DNA of 27,510 bases, taken from positions 1 to 27,510 of the IMG/VR virus record IMGVR_UViG_3300001914_000028. One strand, given 5' to 3'. Source of the DNA: a virus (Duplodnaviria; Caudoviricetes). Both the position numbers and the translations under genes were made by a program. Positions 1-8,461 of the stretch are shown in pieces. The stretch's first letter is position 1; each line of letters begins with the position of its first letter. Below the pieces are notes generated by a model. The model had not been told where the DNA came from, searched no databases, and saw nothing but the letters and a program-made list of their open reading frames with translations.

Positions 1-1
1 C

Positions 2-343
2 TCCGCCATCCTCAAGCTGCCGGTGGACCGCAAACTGGCCATGACCGGCGAGATTACCCTGCGTGGCCGGGTACTGCCCATCGGCGGGCTGACCGAAAAA
101 CTGCTGGCCGCCAAGCGGGGCAACATCACCAACGTGCTGATCCCCAGGGAAAACGAGCGCAACCTCCGCGACGTGCCCCAGAAAATCCGCAACAGTCTGG
201 CCATCGATCTGGTGGACGATGTCGACGAGGTGTTGCAACGCGCCCTGATCTTGAAGACAGGGGAAACCCTGTTCAAGGATGTGCCGTTGGATTCCATTTT
301 CAGCGACTTCACCATCTCGGCGCACAACACCCCGGCGCACTGA
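2..343 (+). CDS. lon: ATP-dependent Lon protease, C-terminal proteolytic domain (5' truncated by window)
   Basis: AMTGEITLRGRVLPIGGLTEKLLAAKR is the Lon_C catalytic-Lys motif; the frame is open to the window start. Confidence 0.96.
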   Translation, partial: SAILKLPVDRKLAMTGEITLRGRVLPIGGLTEKLLAAKRGNITNVLIPRENERNLRDVPQKIRNSLAIDLVDDVDEVLQRALILKTGETLFKDVPLDSIFSDFTISAHNTPAH

Positions 344-415
344 TCAGGAGACCTTTCAGGTGCCGGGAAAGAGGCGGGGAAATTGCTAATAGTCCAGGGA
401 GGCTCTGTTTTTTTC

Positions 416-444
416 TTGACGGACAAGGGCGCACCTGATAAATA
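416..444 (+). promoter_or_regulatory. Probable sigma70 promoter for the tRNA pair
   Basis: TTGACG at 416-421, 17-bp spacer, TG-a-TAAATA at 436-444, just upstream of tRNA-Val. Confidence 0.6.
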
Positions 445-459
445 GACCGTCACCTTTTG

Positions 460-535
460 GGGCGAATAGCTCAGCTGGGAGAGCATCGGCCTTACAAGCC
501 GAGGGTCACAGGTTCGATCCCTGTTTCGCCCACCA
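460..535 (+). tRNA. tRNA-Val (anticodon TAC)
   Basis: Acceptor GGGCGAA/TTCGCCC, D arm AGCTCAGCTGGGAGAGC, anticodon loop CTTACAA (TAC 493-495), GGTTCGATCC T arm, encoded CCA. Confidence 0.98.
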
Positions 536-545
536 CGCACATGCT

Positions 546-622
<77 letters not shown>

Positions 623-628
623 GTATAT

Positions 629-665
629 ACGGGTAGTTGGAGAAATCCAACTACCCGTTTTTTTT
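629..665 (+). terminator. Rho-independent terminator of the tRNA operon
   Basis: 13-bp perfect stem ACGGGTAGTTGGA/TCCAACTACCCGT, GAAA loop, T run to 665. Confidence 0.93.
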
Positions 666-717
666 GCCGGGGGCTTCTCAAGGGGCTCGTCTGTAAAAAA
701 GAAAAGCGGATTCCAGT

Positions 718-791
718 TATAGGGGGGCACATAAACGTAGAAACTTTGAATGGCTATAGGGGGGCACATAAACGTAGAAACTTTGAATGGC
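718..791 (+). repeat. Exact 37-bp tandem duplication near the prophage left end
   Basis: TATAGGGGGGCACATAAACGTAGAAACTTTGAATGGC at 718-754 and 755-791. Confidence 0.97.
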
Positions 792-961
792 GTGGAATGA
801 TGGTACTTTTGAGGTACTTTTTCCAAACGCTATAGAGACTTGCGGGAAATTGAGAAAAATTTTCCGGACAAATTCTTAAAACAAGAAACTTTTCGGTTTT
901 GGGCCTGGAATAGGTCAGATTTGCAGATAAACCGAGAAAGTTAATAGGACCTGAACCAGCT

Positions 962-1699
962 TTATTCAGTGGCGAAGGTTCGGCAGAAAAAGATGATCTG
1001 GCCGATGATGTGCAGATCCCTCATTTCGACTTCGTAGGGTTCGTATTCGTGCCGATTATCTGAAATTATCAAGATTCGCCCGCCAGGGCGAAAAGCCAGC
1101 CGTTTGATCATCACAGTGGAATCAAAGCGGATGGCGTAGATCATTCCCTCCTTTATCGATCTTTTCCCGATATCGATCATAACGGTGTCGTCTTCCTGGA
1201 TGGTTGGCGACATTGAGTCTCCCAGGACACGCATGAGCACCAAGTTCTTGGCGCTGGATGCGACCCTGTTCAGCCAGCTTTTTCTAAATGCATAATACCC
1301 TTCGATCTCTTCCGAGATGACAAAGGCGCCGCCTCCAGCGGACAGTTGTGTTTCCGCCATGGGAATGTAATCGAACATCTCCGGATCGGGGTTTTGCCAT
1401 TGGGGAATAAAGATTTGGCCGTTCCCGTCGCTGACTATAGATTGCGGCTTATGCTCAGGCAAAGGCATCGAAGATGGGGCATCCTGGCCCTTGTACATGG
1501 GACCTTCGCCAACGAGCAGCCATGAAGGATTGATGCCATATTCTTTGCAGACCGATGCAATAAAATCCCCAGTTGGAGAAGTTGCCCCTGCTTCATAGCG
1601 ACCGATGGTATTCAGGTTCACGCCAAAACGAGAACCAAAATCTTTTTGAGATTCATCTTTTCTGATTATTCTCAATCTTTCGCCAATTCCAGTGTCCAT
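962..1699 (-). CDS. Prophage repressor, XRE HTH plus S24 peptidase (CI/LexA-like)
   Basis: N-terminal IGERLRIIRKDESQKDFGSRFGVNLNTIGRYE HTH; C-terminal GDSMSPTI and MIKRL S24 Ser/Lys motifs; divergent from the early operon; start chosen at MDTG (ORF extends to 1723). Confidence 0.93.
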   Translation of the reverse strand: MDTGIGERLRIIRKDESQKDFGSRFGVNLNTIGRYEAGATSPTGDFIASVCKEYGINPSWLLVGEGPMYKGQDAPSSMPLPEHKPQSIVSDGNGQIFIPQWQNPDPEMFDYIPMAETQLSAGGGAFVISEEIEGYYAFRKSWLNRVASSAKNLVLMRVLGDSMSPTIQEDDTVMIDIGKRSIKEGMIYAIRFDSTVMIKRLAFRPGGRILIISDNRHEYEPYEVEMRDLHIIGQIIFFCRTFATE

Positions 1700-1716
1700 A
1701 AAATTCACCAAATTTG

Positions 1717-1897
1717 CGTGCATCGCTTAAGGAATGAAAGCGATGCGGAAGCGATGCGTTTTTTTCGGGCGCATCTCTTTCCGTATCGCATTGATTTAAC
1801 GGTAGTTACAGAGAATGGTTTGATACGTTCACTAAAAATAAAGCGATGCACGATTTTTCGAATTGACAATTCACTAAAAAACGATAATTATCGTCAA
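1717..1897. promoter_or_regulatory. Divergent promoter/operator region (immunity switch)
   Basis: AAGCGATGC at 1738, 1749 and 1841, inverted copy at 1720-1728; TTGACA at 1863 (+); TTGACG at 1897-1892 (-); palindrome ACGATAATTATCGT at 1881-1894. Confidence 0.75.
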
Positions 1898-2016
1898 TAA
1901 TAAAGAAACAAAAGTTCCTTTTTTGCATCCTATCAAGGCAGGCTCATTTTTACAACGTCCACTTGCCACCAAAAATAGGACAAACAGTGCCACAGAGGCG
2001 GACAGGAGCACGAATT

Positions 2017-2439
2017 TTGCGACCCACCCAACTCACAATTTTCAGCAATTCCGGACTGCACACGGTTGTCCGTGATGTTAAGGAGGCCTTGAACCAAGCG
2101 ATCAAGGCTTCCGGCCAGTCACGGGATCAGGTGCTGGACCGGATGAACGAGTTGGCATGTCGGCATAATCTGCCCATCAATGGCAAGGCCGGGGTGAGCA
2201 AGGACCTGTTCGAGAAATGGCTCAACGTAGAAGATGACAGCCGAGTGCCGGGTATCAAGGCACTGGCGCTATTGTGCGCAGCCTTGGGCACGGTGCAACC
2301 GATGGCGGTGATGATCGCTGCTTTGGGTGGCTTGGCGATCGATGGCGAAGACGTGAAACTGCTCGAGTGGGCCAGGGTGTACCACAAGACCAAGGCACTG
2401 CGGAAAAAGATGAGGAAGATCGAAGAGGAGCTGGGATGA
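2017..2439 (+). CDS. Putative phage regulatory protein (CII-like), first early gene
   Basis: SD AGGAG 2004-2008 before TTG 2017 (ORF open from 1963); helical DNA-binding-like sequence; ATGA overlap with the next gene. Confidence 0.6.
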   Translation: MRPTQLTIFSNSGLHTVVRDVKEALNQAIKASGQSRDQVLDRMNELACRHNLPINGKAGVSKDLFEKWLNVEDDSRVPGIKALALLCAALGTVQPMAVMIAALGGLAIDGEDVKLLEWARVYHKTKALRKKMRKIEEELG

Positions 2440-2648
2440 GGAATTCGACCGAAATACGGATATGGATGCTTCGCAACCAGTTGACTGTCGAATCAATCAG
2501 GCGAGATCTTGGCTACCGCAACCACACGCCTGTTTCCCTGACCATCGACGGCAAGAGGAACCAGCAGAAGGTACTGCAGTATCTGAAAGACCATGGCTGC
2601 CCGGAGCAATATCTGCACCTTCCAAAGAATATGAAGAAGGCGGCATGA
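2436..2648 (+). CDS. Ner/Cro-like small HTH regulator (70 aa)
   Basis: MRNSTEIRIWMLRNQLTVESIRRDLGY..VSLTIDG; directly upstream of the transposase; ATGA overlaps at both ends. Confidence 0.75.
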   Translation: MRNSTEIRIWMLRNQLTVESIRRDLGYRNHTPVSLTIDGKRNQQKVLQYLKDHGCPEQYLHLPKNMKKAA

Positions 2649-4825
2649 CAATGGAACCGGTGACGATCAACGAAATTGCCAGGGCTCTGGGTGTGCATAA
2701 AACATCGGCACAACGAAAGGCCAACAAAGAAGGATGGTTATTCGAGGAAAGAAAAATCATCGGCGGTAAGGAACGGCGCTACCTCGTCGCCCAACTCCCC
2801 AAAGCCATCCAAATCGCTCTCGTCGCCAAAAGATCGGCGGGCGATCTCCTGCCCGTGACCTCCTCACCGATCCCGACCACCAGCGATAGCACCCTCAATG
2901 CTGACGTCATCGTTGCCCAGCCATCACCCCCCGCCATGACCCAACGCATGGAAGAGAAGATGCAGCACAAGGCAGCGCTGCTCGGTCTCTACAACCGGGC
3001 ACTGGCCGCCGCCGGGTGGGGCAACAAGGTCCAGGCCCGGATCGAGTTCGAGCAGGCCTACAATTCCGGCCTTGCCTGGCCGCATCTCCATGAACAACTC
3101 GGCCCGGTGAGTTGGAAGACCATCGAGAGCTGGGCGGTCAAGGTGCGCAAGCACAACAACGACTGCTTCTTCCTGGCCGACCGGCGCGGCGCCCACCTGC
3201 GCGGCAAGTGCAGCTTGACGGAACAGCAGACCGAGATCTTCCTCCGCTGCGTGCTGCGGCCGAACAAACCCCGGATCTCGGAATCCTTCCGGGTGGCCAA
3301 GGCGGTCATGCGGCAACAAGGCATCGAGAACAGCCACAGCGAGGCTACCTACCGCCGCTGGCTCCACCATTGGAAGGAGCGCAACCATCACCTCTGGGTT
3401 TTCGCCCGCGAAGGTGCCAAGGCCTGGAACGACCAGTGCGCGATGTACATCGAGCGCGACATGAGCCTCTTGAATGTCGGCGACGTCATCGTGGCCGACG
3501 GCCACAACCTCAATTTCGAGATCCTCAACCCCTGGACCGGAAAGCCGCAGAATCACATGACCCTCATCCTGTTCTACGACATGGCCTCCAACATGCCGCT
3601 GGGATGGGAAATCATGCCGACCGAGAACACGGCTGCCATCTCCAGCGCCCTGCGCCGGGCGGTTCTGCGCCTGGGCATGTATCCCCGCGTGGTTTACCTG
3701 GACAACGGCCGGGCTTTCAAAGCCCGGTTCTTCAAGGGCTCACAAAACTTTGACGAGGCTGGTTACGCCGGCCTCTACGAACGCATGGGTTGCCAGACCA
3801 TCCATGCCTGGCCTTATCACGGCCAATCCAAGACCGTGGAGCGCTTCTTCGGTTCCTTCGCCGAACTGGAACGGCTGGTCCCCGGCTATACCGGCACCAG
3901 CATCGAAAACAAGCCTCCCCGGATGATGCGCGGCGAGAAGCTGCACCGCAAGGTCCACGAACAACAGTTCGGCAACCGCTGCCTGACCCTGGAAGAAGCC
4001 CACATCCTGATTGCCGCTTGGTTCGACGAGTACGCCAAACGGTCGCAGCGGGGCCACCTCGGCGGCAAGTGTCCGATGGAAGTGTTCCTCCAAGGCAAAG
4101 GTCCCGGTGTCGACAAGGCCGAATTGATCTGGCTGATGATGAGCCTGGAAATCAAGACCATCCACCGCAACGGCATCACTTTCCGGGGGCAGAACTATTA
4201 TCACCCGGCCCTCTACGGCCGCCGGCACAAGGTTTCCATCCGTTACGACCTCCAGGATACCAGCTCGATCTGGGTGATGGACCAGCAAGGCGAACTGCTC
4301 TGCGAGGCTTCCCCGGTGGAGCAAATGCACCCGGCGGCGGCCCAACTTGGCACCGAAACCGACAAAGAGAAACTGCGGCAGCACATCGCCCAAAAAAGGG
4401 ATCAAGAGAAGTTGGCCTCGGCCTCGGCCAGGGCCTTGCTCCGGGAAGAGATCCTGCCCGAGCACCGGCGGCAGATGGCAGAAATCGGGGTGCTGACCGA
4501 TGACCGGCAGGCCATCGAGGCTCCCAGCCAAAAAATGATCAGCCTGGACGCCGAAAAGTTCCGCCGTGAGGTGGAAGAAGCCACGCGGTTACACGAGGAG
4601 GCCGAAGCGCAAGCCCTGAAGGATGAACTGCTCCGGCTCGACGAAAGCGATCGCTACGAACGACTGGTCGAGATGGAGGCCCAGGGGATCGAACTCGGCC
4701 CGGAATGGACCGGCTTCATGACCTTCTTTGAGCAGACCAAGGCCTACACGGATTTTCCGGACTACTGGGAGACTTGTCGGATGAAATACGGCCTGATGTG
4801 GCGTCAATCGGCCGACGCGAGGTAA
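2645..4825 (+). CDS. Mu-like DDE transposase (MuA)
   Basis: N-terminal Mu-type HTH, catalytic VADGH / YLDNGRAF / SKTVERFF, Mu transposase C-terminal region (IRYDLQDTSSIWV). Confidence 0.95.
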   Translation: MTMEPVTINEIARALGVHKTSAQRKANKEGWLFEERKIIGGKERRYLVAQLPKAIQIALVAKRSAGDLLPVTSSPIPTTSDSTLNADVIVAQPSPPAMTQRMEEKMQHKAALLGLYNRALAAAGWGNKVQARIEFEQAYNSGLAWPHLHEQLGPVSWKTIESWAVKVRKHNNDCFFLADRRGAHLRGKCSLTEQQTEIFLRCVLRPNKPRISESFRVAKAVMRQQGIENSHSEATYRRWLHHWKERNHHLWVFAREGAKAWNDQCAMYIERDMSLLNVGDVIVADGHNLNFEILNPWTGKPQNHMTLILFYDMASNMPLGWEIMPTENTAAISSALRRAVLRLGMYPRVVYLDNGRAFKARFFKGSQNFDEAGYAGLYERMGCQTIHAWPYHGQSKTVERFFGSFAELERLVPGYTGTSIENKPPRMMRGEKLHRKVHEQQFGNRCLTLEEAHILIAAWFDEYAKRSQRGHLGGKCPMEVFLQGKGPGVDKAELIWLMMSLEIKTIHRNGITFRGQNYYHPALYGRRHKVSIRYDLQDTSSIWVMDQQGELLCEASPVEQMHPAAAQLGTETDKEKLRQHIAQKRDQEKLASASARALLREEILPEHRRQMAEIGVLTDDRQAIEAPSQKMISLDAEKFRREVEEATRLHEEAEAQALKDELLRLDESDRYERLVEMEAQGIELGPEWTGFMTFFEQTKAYTDFPDYWETCRMKYGLMWRQSADAR

Positions 4826-4827
4826 TG

Positions 4828-4855
4828 AAAAAGGCCGGTGCGCGAACACCGGCCT
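4828..4855. terminator. Hairpin between A and B; terminator geometry on the minus strand
   Basis: AGGCCGGTG/CACCGGCCT 9-bp stem preceded by AAAAA. Confidence 0.5.
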
Positions 4856-4891
4856 CGTACAGCCATAAATAGATCAAAAGGGGAATGACCT

Positions 4892-5626
4892 ATGGGTTCC
4901 ACAGTAAAGTTCAAGCCAACCTTTGTCCAGACCAAAAACGTGCGGTCCTTTGAAACCCTGATGCAGGGCCTGATGATCGGCAAGGGCGGGGCAGGGGAAG
5001 GCGACGAGCGGCTCGGCTGCATCTGGGGCCGGGCTGGCCGGGGCAAGACCCGCACCGTCCAGACCTGGGCGGCCCGAAACGGCTGCGTCTATATCGAGAC
5101 GGTCTCGGTTTGGTCCGAACTCGATTTCTTGCAGAAACTCTGCCAGGAATTTGGCCTCCGCCAGATCCCCGGCCGTCGTGGCCGCTGCTTCGATGCCATC
5201 ATCGAGGCCATGACCATGAGCAACCAACCGGTGTTCATCGATGAGATCGAGCGGTTCGGCCAGAAGTTTCTCGAAATCATCCGTGATCTGGTCAAGATCA
5301 CCGGCGGCATCATCGTCCTCATCGGTGAGGAGGAACTACCGCACCTGATGAAGCAGAATCGCCGGGTCTGGTCCCGGACCTACCGGGCCATGGAGTTCGA
5401 GCCGGTGAGCCCCACGGATGTGGGATTGTATGTCAGCCAGTGTACCGGCCTGCACTTGAGCCCGCCAGCCACCGAGATCATGCACCGGGCCTCGGGCGGC
5501 GACCTGCGAATTGTCCGGCGCGATACCATCAACCTAGCCCATGCCGCCACCAGCCTCCGCCGCACCGGCGAGGTAGATGCGGAACTGGCCGCCATCGCCT
5601 GCAAATGCGGGCTGAAAGGGGACTGA
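4892..5626 (+). CDS. MuB-like AAA+ ATPase (transposition target-capture protein)
   Basis: Walker A GRAGRGKT, Walker B VFIDEIE, VWSR arginine-finger region, GDLR sensor; follows the transposase. Confidence 0.92.
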   Translation: MGSTVKFKPTFVQTKNVRSFETLMQGLMIGKGGAGEGDERLGCIWGRAGRGKTRTVQTWAARNGCVYIETVSVWSELDFLQKLCQEFGLRQIPGRRGRCFDAIIEAMTMSNQPVFIDEIERFGQKFLEIIRDLVKITGGIIVLIGEEELPHLMKQNRRVWSRTYRAMEFEPVSPTDVGLYVSQCTGLHLSPPATEIMHRASGGDLRIVRRDTINLAHAATSLRRTGEVDAELAAIACKCGLKGD

Positions 5627-5628
5627 TC

Positions 5629-6210
5629 ATGACGTTGCTCTCGTATAACCAGCAGATTCTGGCCAAGGCCCTGGAGCTGATTGCCGAGAGGGGTGAAGTG
5701 ACGGTCACGGAGCTCTCCCATGAAATGCATTTGCAGACCTACAAGGAACACAAGCGCATGCTCGATGGGCTGAGTGAACTGTTCAAGGCAAAAAGCCTCA
5801 GCCGGTTACGCCAAGGGGTCTATGGCCGTCCCCAAGAACAGAAACAAGAGGACAAGCGGGCGGTGATGTGGCGGATCCTGCGAATGCGCCGCCGGGTGGC
5901 GGTGGATGATTTGGTGGAAATGGCCGACGTCGCCCCCGATTATGCCAAGGAATGGCTTCGGATGCTGGTGCAGCGGGGCGTGGTGCGGAAACACCAGCAA
6001 CCGGGAATGAAGGGCTCTTGGCAGTTGATCAACGATCCCGTCGACATGCCCGAAGACGACACCAAGGCCAATCGGCTGCGGGAATTGCGAAAAAAGAAAA
6101 AAGAGGCGGCGGTCAGCGTGATCGACGGCGCCCTCAAGCAGTTACAGACCATCGGCGAGGCCCTGTCCAAGGCTAGATACGCCATCACCACCATGGAGGA
6201 AGGAGAATGA
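5629..6210 (+). CDS. Putative DNA-binding protein with two winged-helix-like domains
   Basis: VTVTELSHEM..LSRLRQGVY and AVMWRILRMRRRVAVDDLVEMA..EWLRMLVQRGVV patterns; coiled C-terminus. Confidence 0.65.
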   Translation: MTLLSYNQQILAKALELIAERGEVTVTELSHEMHLQTYKEHKRMLDGLSELFKAKSLSRLRQGVYGRPQEQKQEDKRAVMWRILRMRRRVAVDDLVEMADVAPDYAKEWLRMLVQRGVVRKHQQPGMKGSWQLINDPVDMPEDDTKANRLRELRKKKKEAAVSVIDGALKQLQTIGEALSKARYAITTMEEGE

Positions 6211-6575
6211 ACGCATTACGGATCAACCGCAGTCTGGCAGAAATCAGCAAGCACGTCCACAACCTGCGCATCGGCACCCTGGGCGGCAACGTCGACCTGT
6301 TGGCCATTGCCCGCACCACCAAGGCTATGCAGGCCGAACTGACCTCGGAAAAGATCGTCAGTGGCTACCGCACCGACGCCATCGCCCAGAATCTGCGGGT
6401 GCATGAGCTGATCGAAAAGGCCGGTCCGTCGCCGGATCACCAGGCCCTGCTCGCCATCGGCATGGCGACGGAATTGGCGGTCAAGAAGCTGAACGATTAC
6501 CGCGAGATGTGTAACTTCGCCGCACAGCTCAAAACCACAGGTGGGCAGGATGGATTGGATCAGCTTGCTGCGTAG
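6207..6575 (+). CDS. Hypothetical phage protein
   Basis: GGAGG/AGGAG SD, ATGA overlap, in-operon position. Confidence 0.7.
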   Translation: MNALRINRSLAEISKHVHNLRIGTLGGNVDLLAIARTTKAMQAELTSEKIVSGYRTDAIAQNLRVHELIEKAGPSPDHQALLAIGMATELAVKKLNDYREMCNFAAQLKTTGGQDGLDQLAA

Positions 6576-7332
6576 GGCGGTGCAGGTCGAGGGCAGCCAG
6601 GCGGCCGTGGCCGGCAAGCTCAATTACAGCCCAGCCACCATTTCCCAGGTCCTGAACGATAGTTACAACGGATCGACCGATGCGATCCGCGATAAAGTCC
6701 TGATCACTTATGGAGGAAAAACCATGCAAGCCATACCCGACGGCTACAAACAGAACGCGATCGGCCACCTAGTGCCGATCGAGAGCATCAAGGAGATCGA
6801 CCTGGCCCGAGACGAGTTCGTGAAGGAAGTGGTGACCAAGGCTCAGGCCCTGGCCGCCACGGTGGCCGAGTTCAAGCAACGGATCGCCGCCGACATGCAG
6901 GCCTTTCTGGACCTCAGCGCCGAGAAATACGGGGTCACCCTGGGCGGTGCCAAGGGCAACATCAACCTGGTCTCCTTCGACGGTCGCTACAAGGTGCTGC
7001 GGGACGTGTCGGAGCGGCTCGATTTCGACGAGCGGCTGCAGACAGCCAAGGCCCTGATCGACGAATGCCTCCGCGAGTGGACCAGGGACTCGGGCGCCGA
7101 GGTCCGCACCCTGATCGAGGATGCCTTCCAGGTGGACAAGAAGGGGAGGATCAACACCAAGCGGATCCTGGGATTACGGAAGCTGGAGATCAAGCATCCC
7201 ACCTGGATCAAGGCCATGGAGGCTATCAGCGACGCGGTCACCGTTACCGGCTCCTGCACCTATTACCGGGTGTATGAACGGAACGAACAGGGCGAATACC
7301 GGCAGGTGAACCTGGATTTTTCGGGGGTGTAA
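6550..7332 (+). CDS. XRE-type HTH fused in frame to a DUF3164-family Mu-like protein (internal start at 6724)
   Basis: SQAAVAGKLNYSPATISQVLN HTH, then MQAIPDGYKQNAIGHLVP..GGAKGNINLVSFDGRYKV..FDERLQTAKALIDEC typical of DUF3164; GGAGG at 6712-6716 before ATG 6724. Confidence 0.85.
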   Translation: MDWISLLRRAVQVEGSQAAVAGKLNYSPATISQVLNDSYNGSTDAIRDKVLITYGGKTMQAIPDGYKQNAIGHLVPIESIKEIDLARDEFVKEVVTKAQALAATVAEFKQRIAADMQAFLDLSAEKYGVTLGGAKGNINLVSFDGRYKVLRDVSERLDFDERLQTAKALIDECLREWTRDSGAEVRTLIEDAFQVDKKGRINTKRILGLRKLEIKHPTWIKAMEAISDAVTVTGSCTYYRVYERNEQGEYRQVNLDFSGV

Positions 7333-7333
7333 G

Positions 7334-7678
7334 ATGGCCACCTTGAAGAAATTGATCAACCAGTTGTGGCAGCGCATTTCTGCGCAGGGCGGGGTGGTCC
7401 CGGAACGGATCGCTCCCTTGGCAGAGGGCCGTGTCTACGAGGTGCCGGAAGGATTGCTACCGCGCTTTTTTGAGCTGTACGTGGACCTATGCAAGGCGGA
7501 GCGGATTGGCAGAGGCGCTGCCGAGGCATACAGGATGTGGCGGTTACTGAAGCAGCGCTGTCCAGAGATCAATGAGGGACACTGGAAGGTAGTGGTTCAC
7601 GGCTGGACGCGTGTCGAGGTGATTGAGGTGTTGCCATGGATGGCGGCACCTATCACCGAAACACAACGCTTGGATTAA
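7334..7678 (+). CDS. Hypothetical phage protein
   Basis: Starts 1 nt after the upstream stop, same strand. Confidence 0.65.
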   Translation: MATLKKLINQLWQRISAQGGVVPERIAPLAEGRVYEVPEGLLPRFFELYVDLCKAERIGRGAAEAYRMWRLLKQRCPEINEGHWKVVVHGWTRVEVIEVLPWMAAPITETQRLD

Positions 7679-7781
7679 GCGAAATTCCGGCCGGTGGCTG
7701 GTCTGCATGGGGCAGACCCGCCTGTTGACAACGCCGGCCGGGATCATCCAGAGGTGGCGCTCCGGATCTGATGAGCAGCCA
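7679..7781 (+). ncRNA. Type II hammerhead ribozyme with loop I pseudoknot
   Basis: GC-GAAA (7679-7684); stem III ATTCCGGCCGG/CCGGCCGGGAT; cleavage triplet ATC 7743-7745; stem I ATCCAGAG/CTCCGGAT; core CTGATGA-GC (7768-7776); loop TGGC pairs with tail GCCA. Confidence 0.88.
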
Positions 7782-7792
7782 ACAAGATACTG

Positions 7793-8074
7793 ATGAAAAT
7801 TGTTGATGGACACCCAACGCTGGTTTTCGAGCGAAAAAGGAGCAGAGACGCTTGTCGGCATCTGAAGATCCTTGTCGATCCAGCGTTGACCTATGTCGAG
7901 TGCGAAAGTTGTGGTGAAAAACTCAACCCGGTGTGGGTGCTCGAACGAATGATAACTCAAGCGAGCCACTGGAAGTACAGGCTCGAAGAGATTAGAAAAA
8001 CCCTTGAAAAACTTGAGAAAAAGAAGCGCACCAAGTGCGAACACTGTGGAAGATTCACAACGGTCAACACTTGA
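7793..8074 (+). CDS. Small zinc-finger phage protein
   Basis: CRH..CESCGEKLNPVWVL..CEHCG; lower GC than neighbours. Confidence 0.75.
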   Translation: MKIVDGHPTLVFERKRSRDACRHLKILVDPALTYVECESCGEKLNPVWVLERMITQASHWKYRLEEIRKTLEKLEKKKRTKCEHCGRFTTVNT

Positions 8075-8097
8075 TGAGCAGCCATAAGGAGAACCAC

Positions 8098-8436
8098 ATG
8101 AGCAAGCACCATAAGCTGCGGCACCTGGGGCAGCCCACGAGCCTGATAGCCCTGGCAATTGAACATGACATACCCTACAGCACCTTGAATCGCAAGTGGG
8201 CGGATGCGGGCAAGCCGGAGGATATCCCGCCGGAGATGATAGAGCAGGTGCGGAAGGTGCGGCGCGGACGGCGTGCTCCAGGGAAGCGGCCAGGGATGTC
8301 AGCGATCAAGGCCCGGCAATCCGGGTTGAGCCTGCAACAACTGTATTCCGACCCCAATTACCTGCCCCATATCCCGCATGGCGATCTCGCCCACCTGTCG
8401 GACAAGGGGAACACGGGCGCGGCTCGAACATCATGA
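8098..8436 (+). CDS. Hypothetical protein, possible HTH
   Basis: AAGGAG SD before ATG 8098; SLIALAIEHDIPYSTLNRKW HTH-like segment. Confidence 0.65.
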   Translation: MSKHHKLRHLGQPTSLIALAIEHDIPYSTLNRKWADAGKPEDIPPEMIEQVRKVRRGRRAPGKRPGMSAIKARQSGLSLQQLYSDPNYLPHIPHGDLAHLSDKGNTGAARTS

Positions 8437-8461
8437 GTGGCCCAAAGCAAGGAGAACAGGC

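Noticed and set aside
718-791. CRISPR array from the 37-bp repeats
   Set aside because: The two copies are directly adjacent with no spacer, and no cas genes are present.
8072-8084. Second hammerhead ribozyme
   Set aside because: The core reads TTGATGA, and the upstream coding sequence lacks the GAAA, stem III and stem I elements; only the tail is duplicated.
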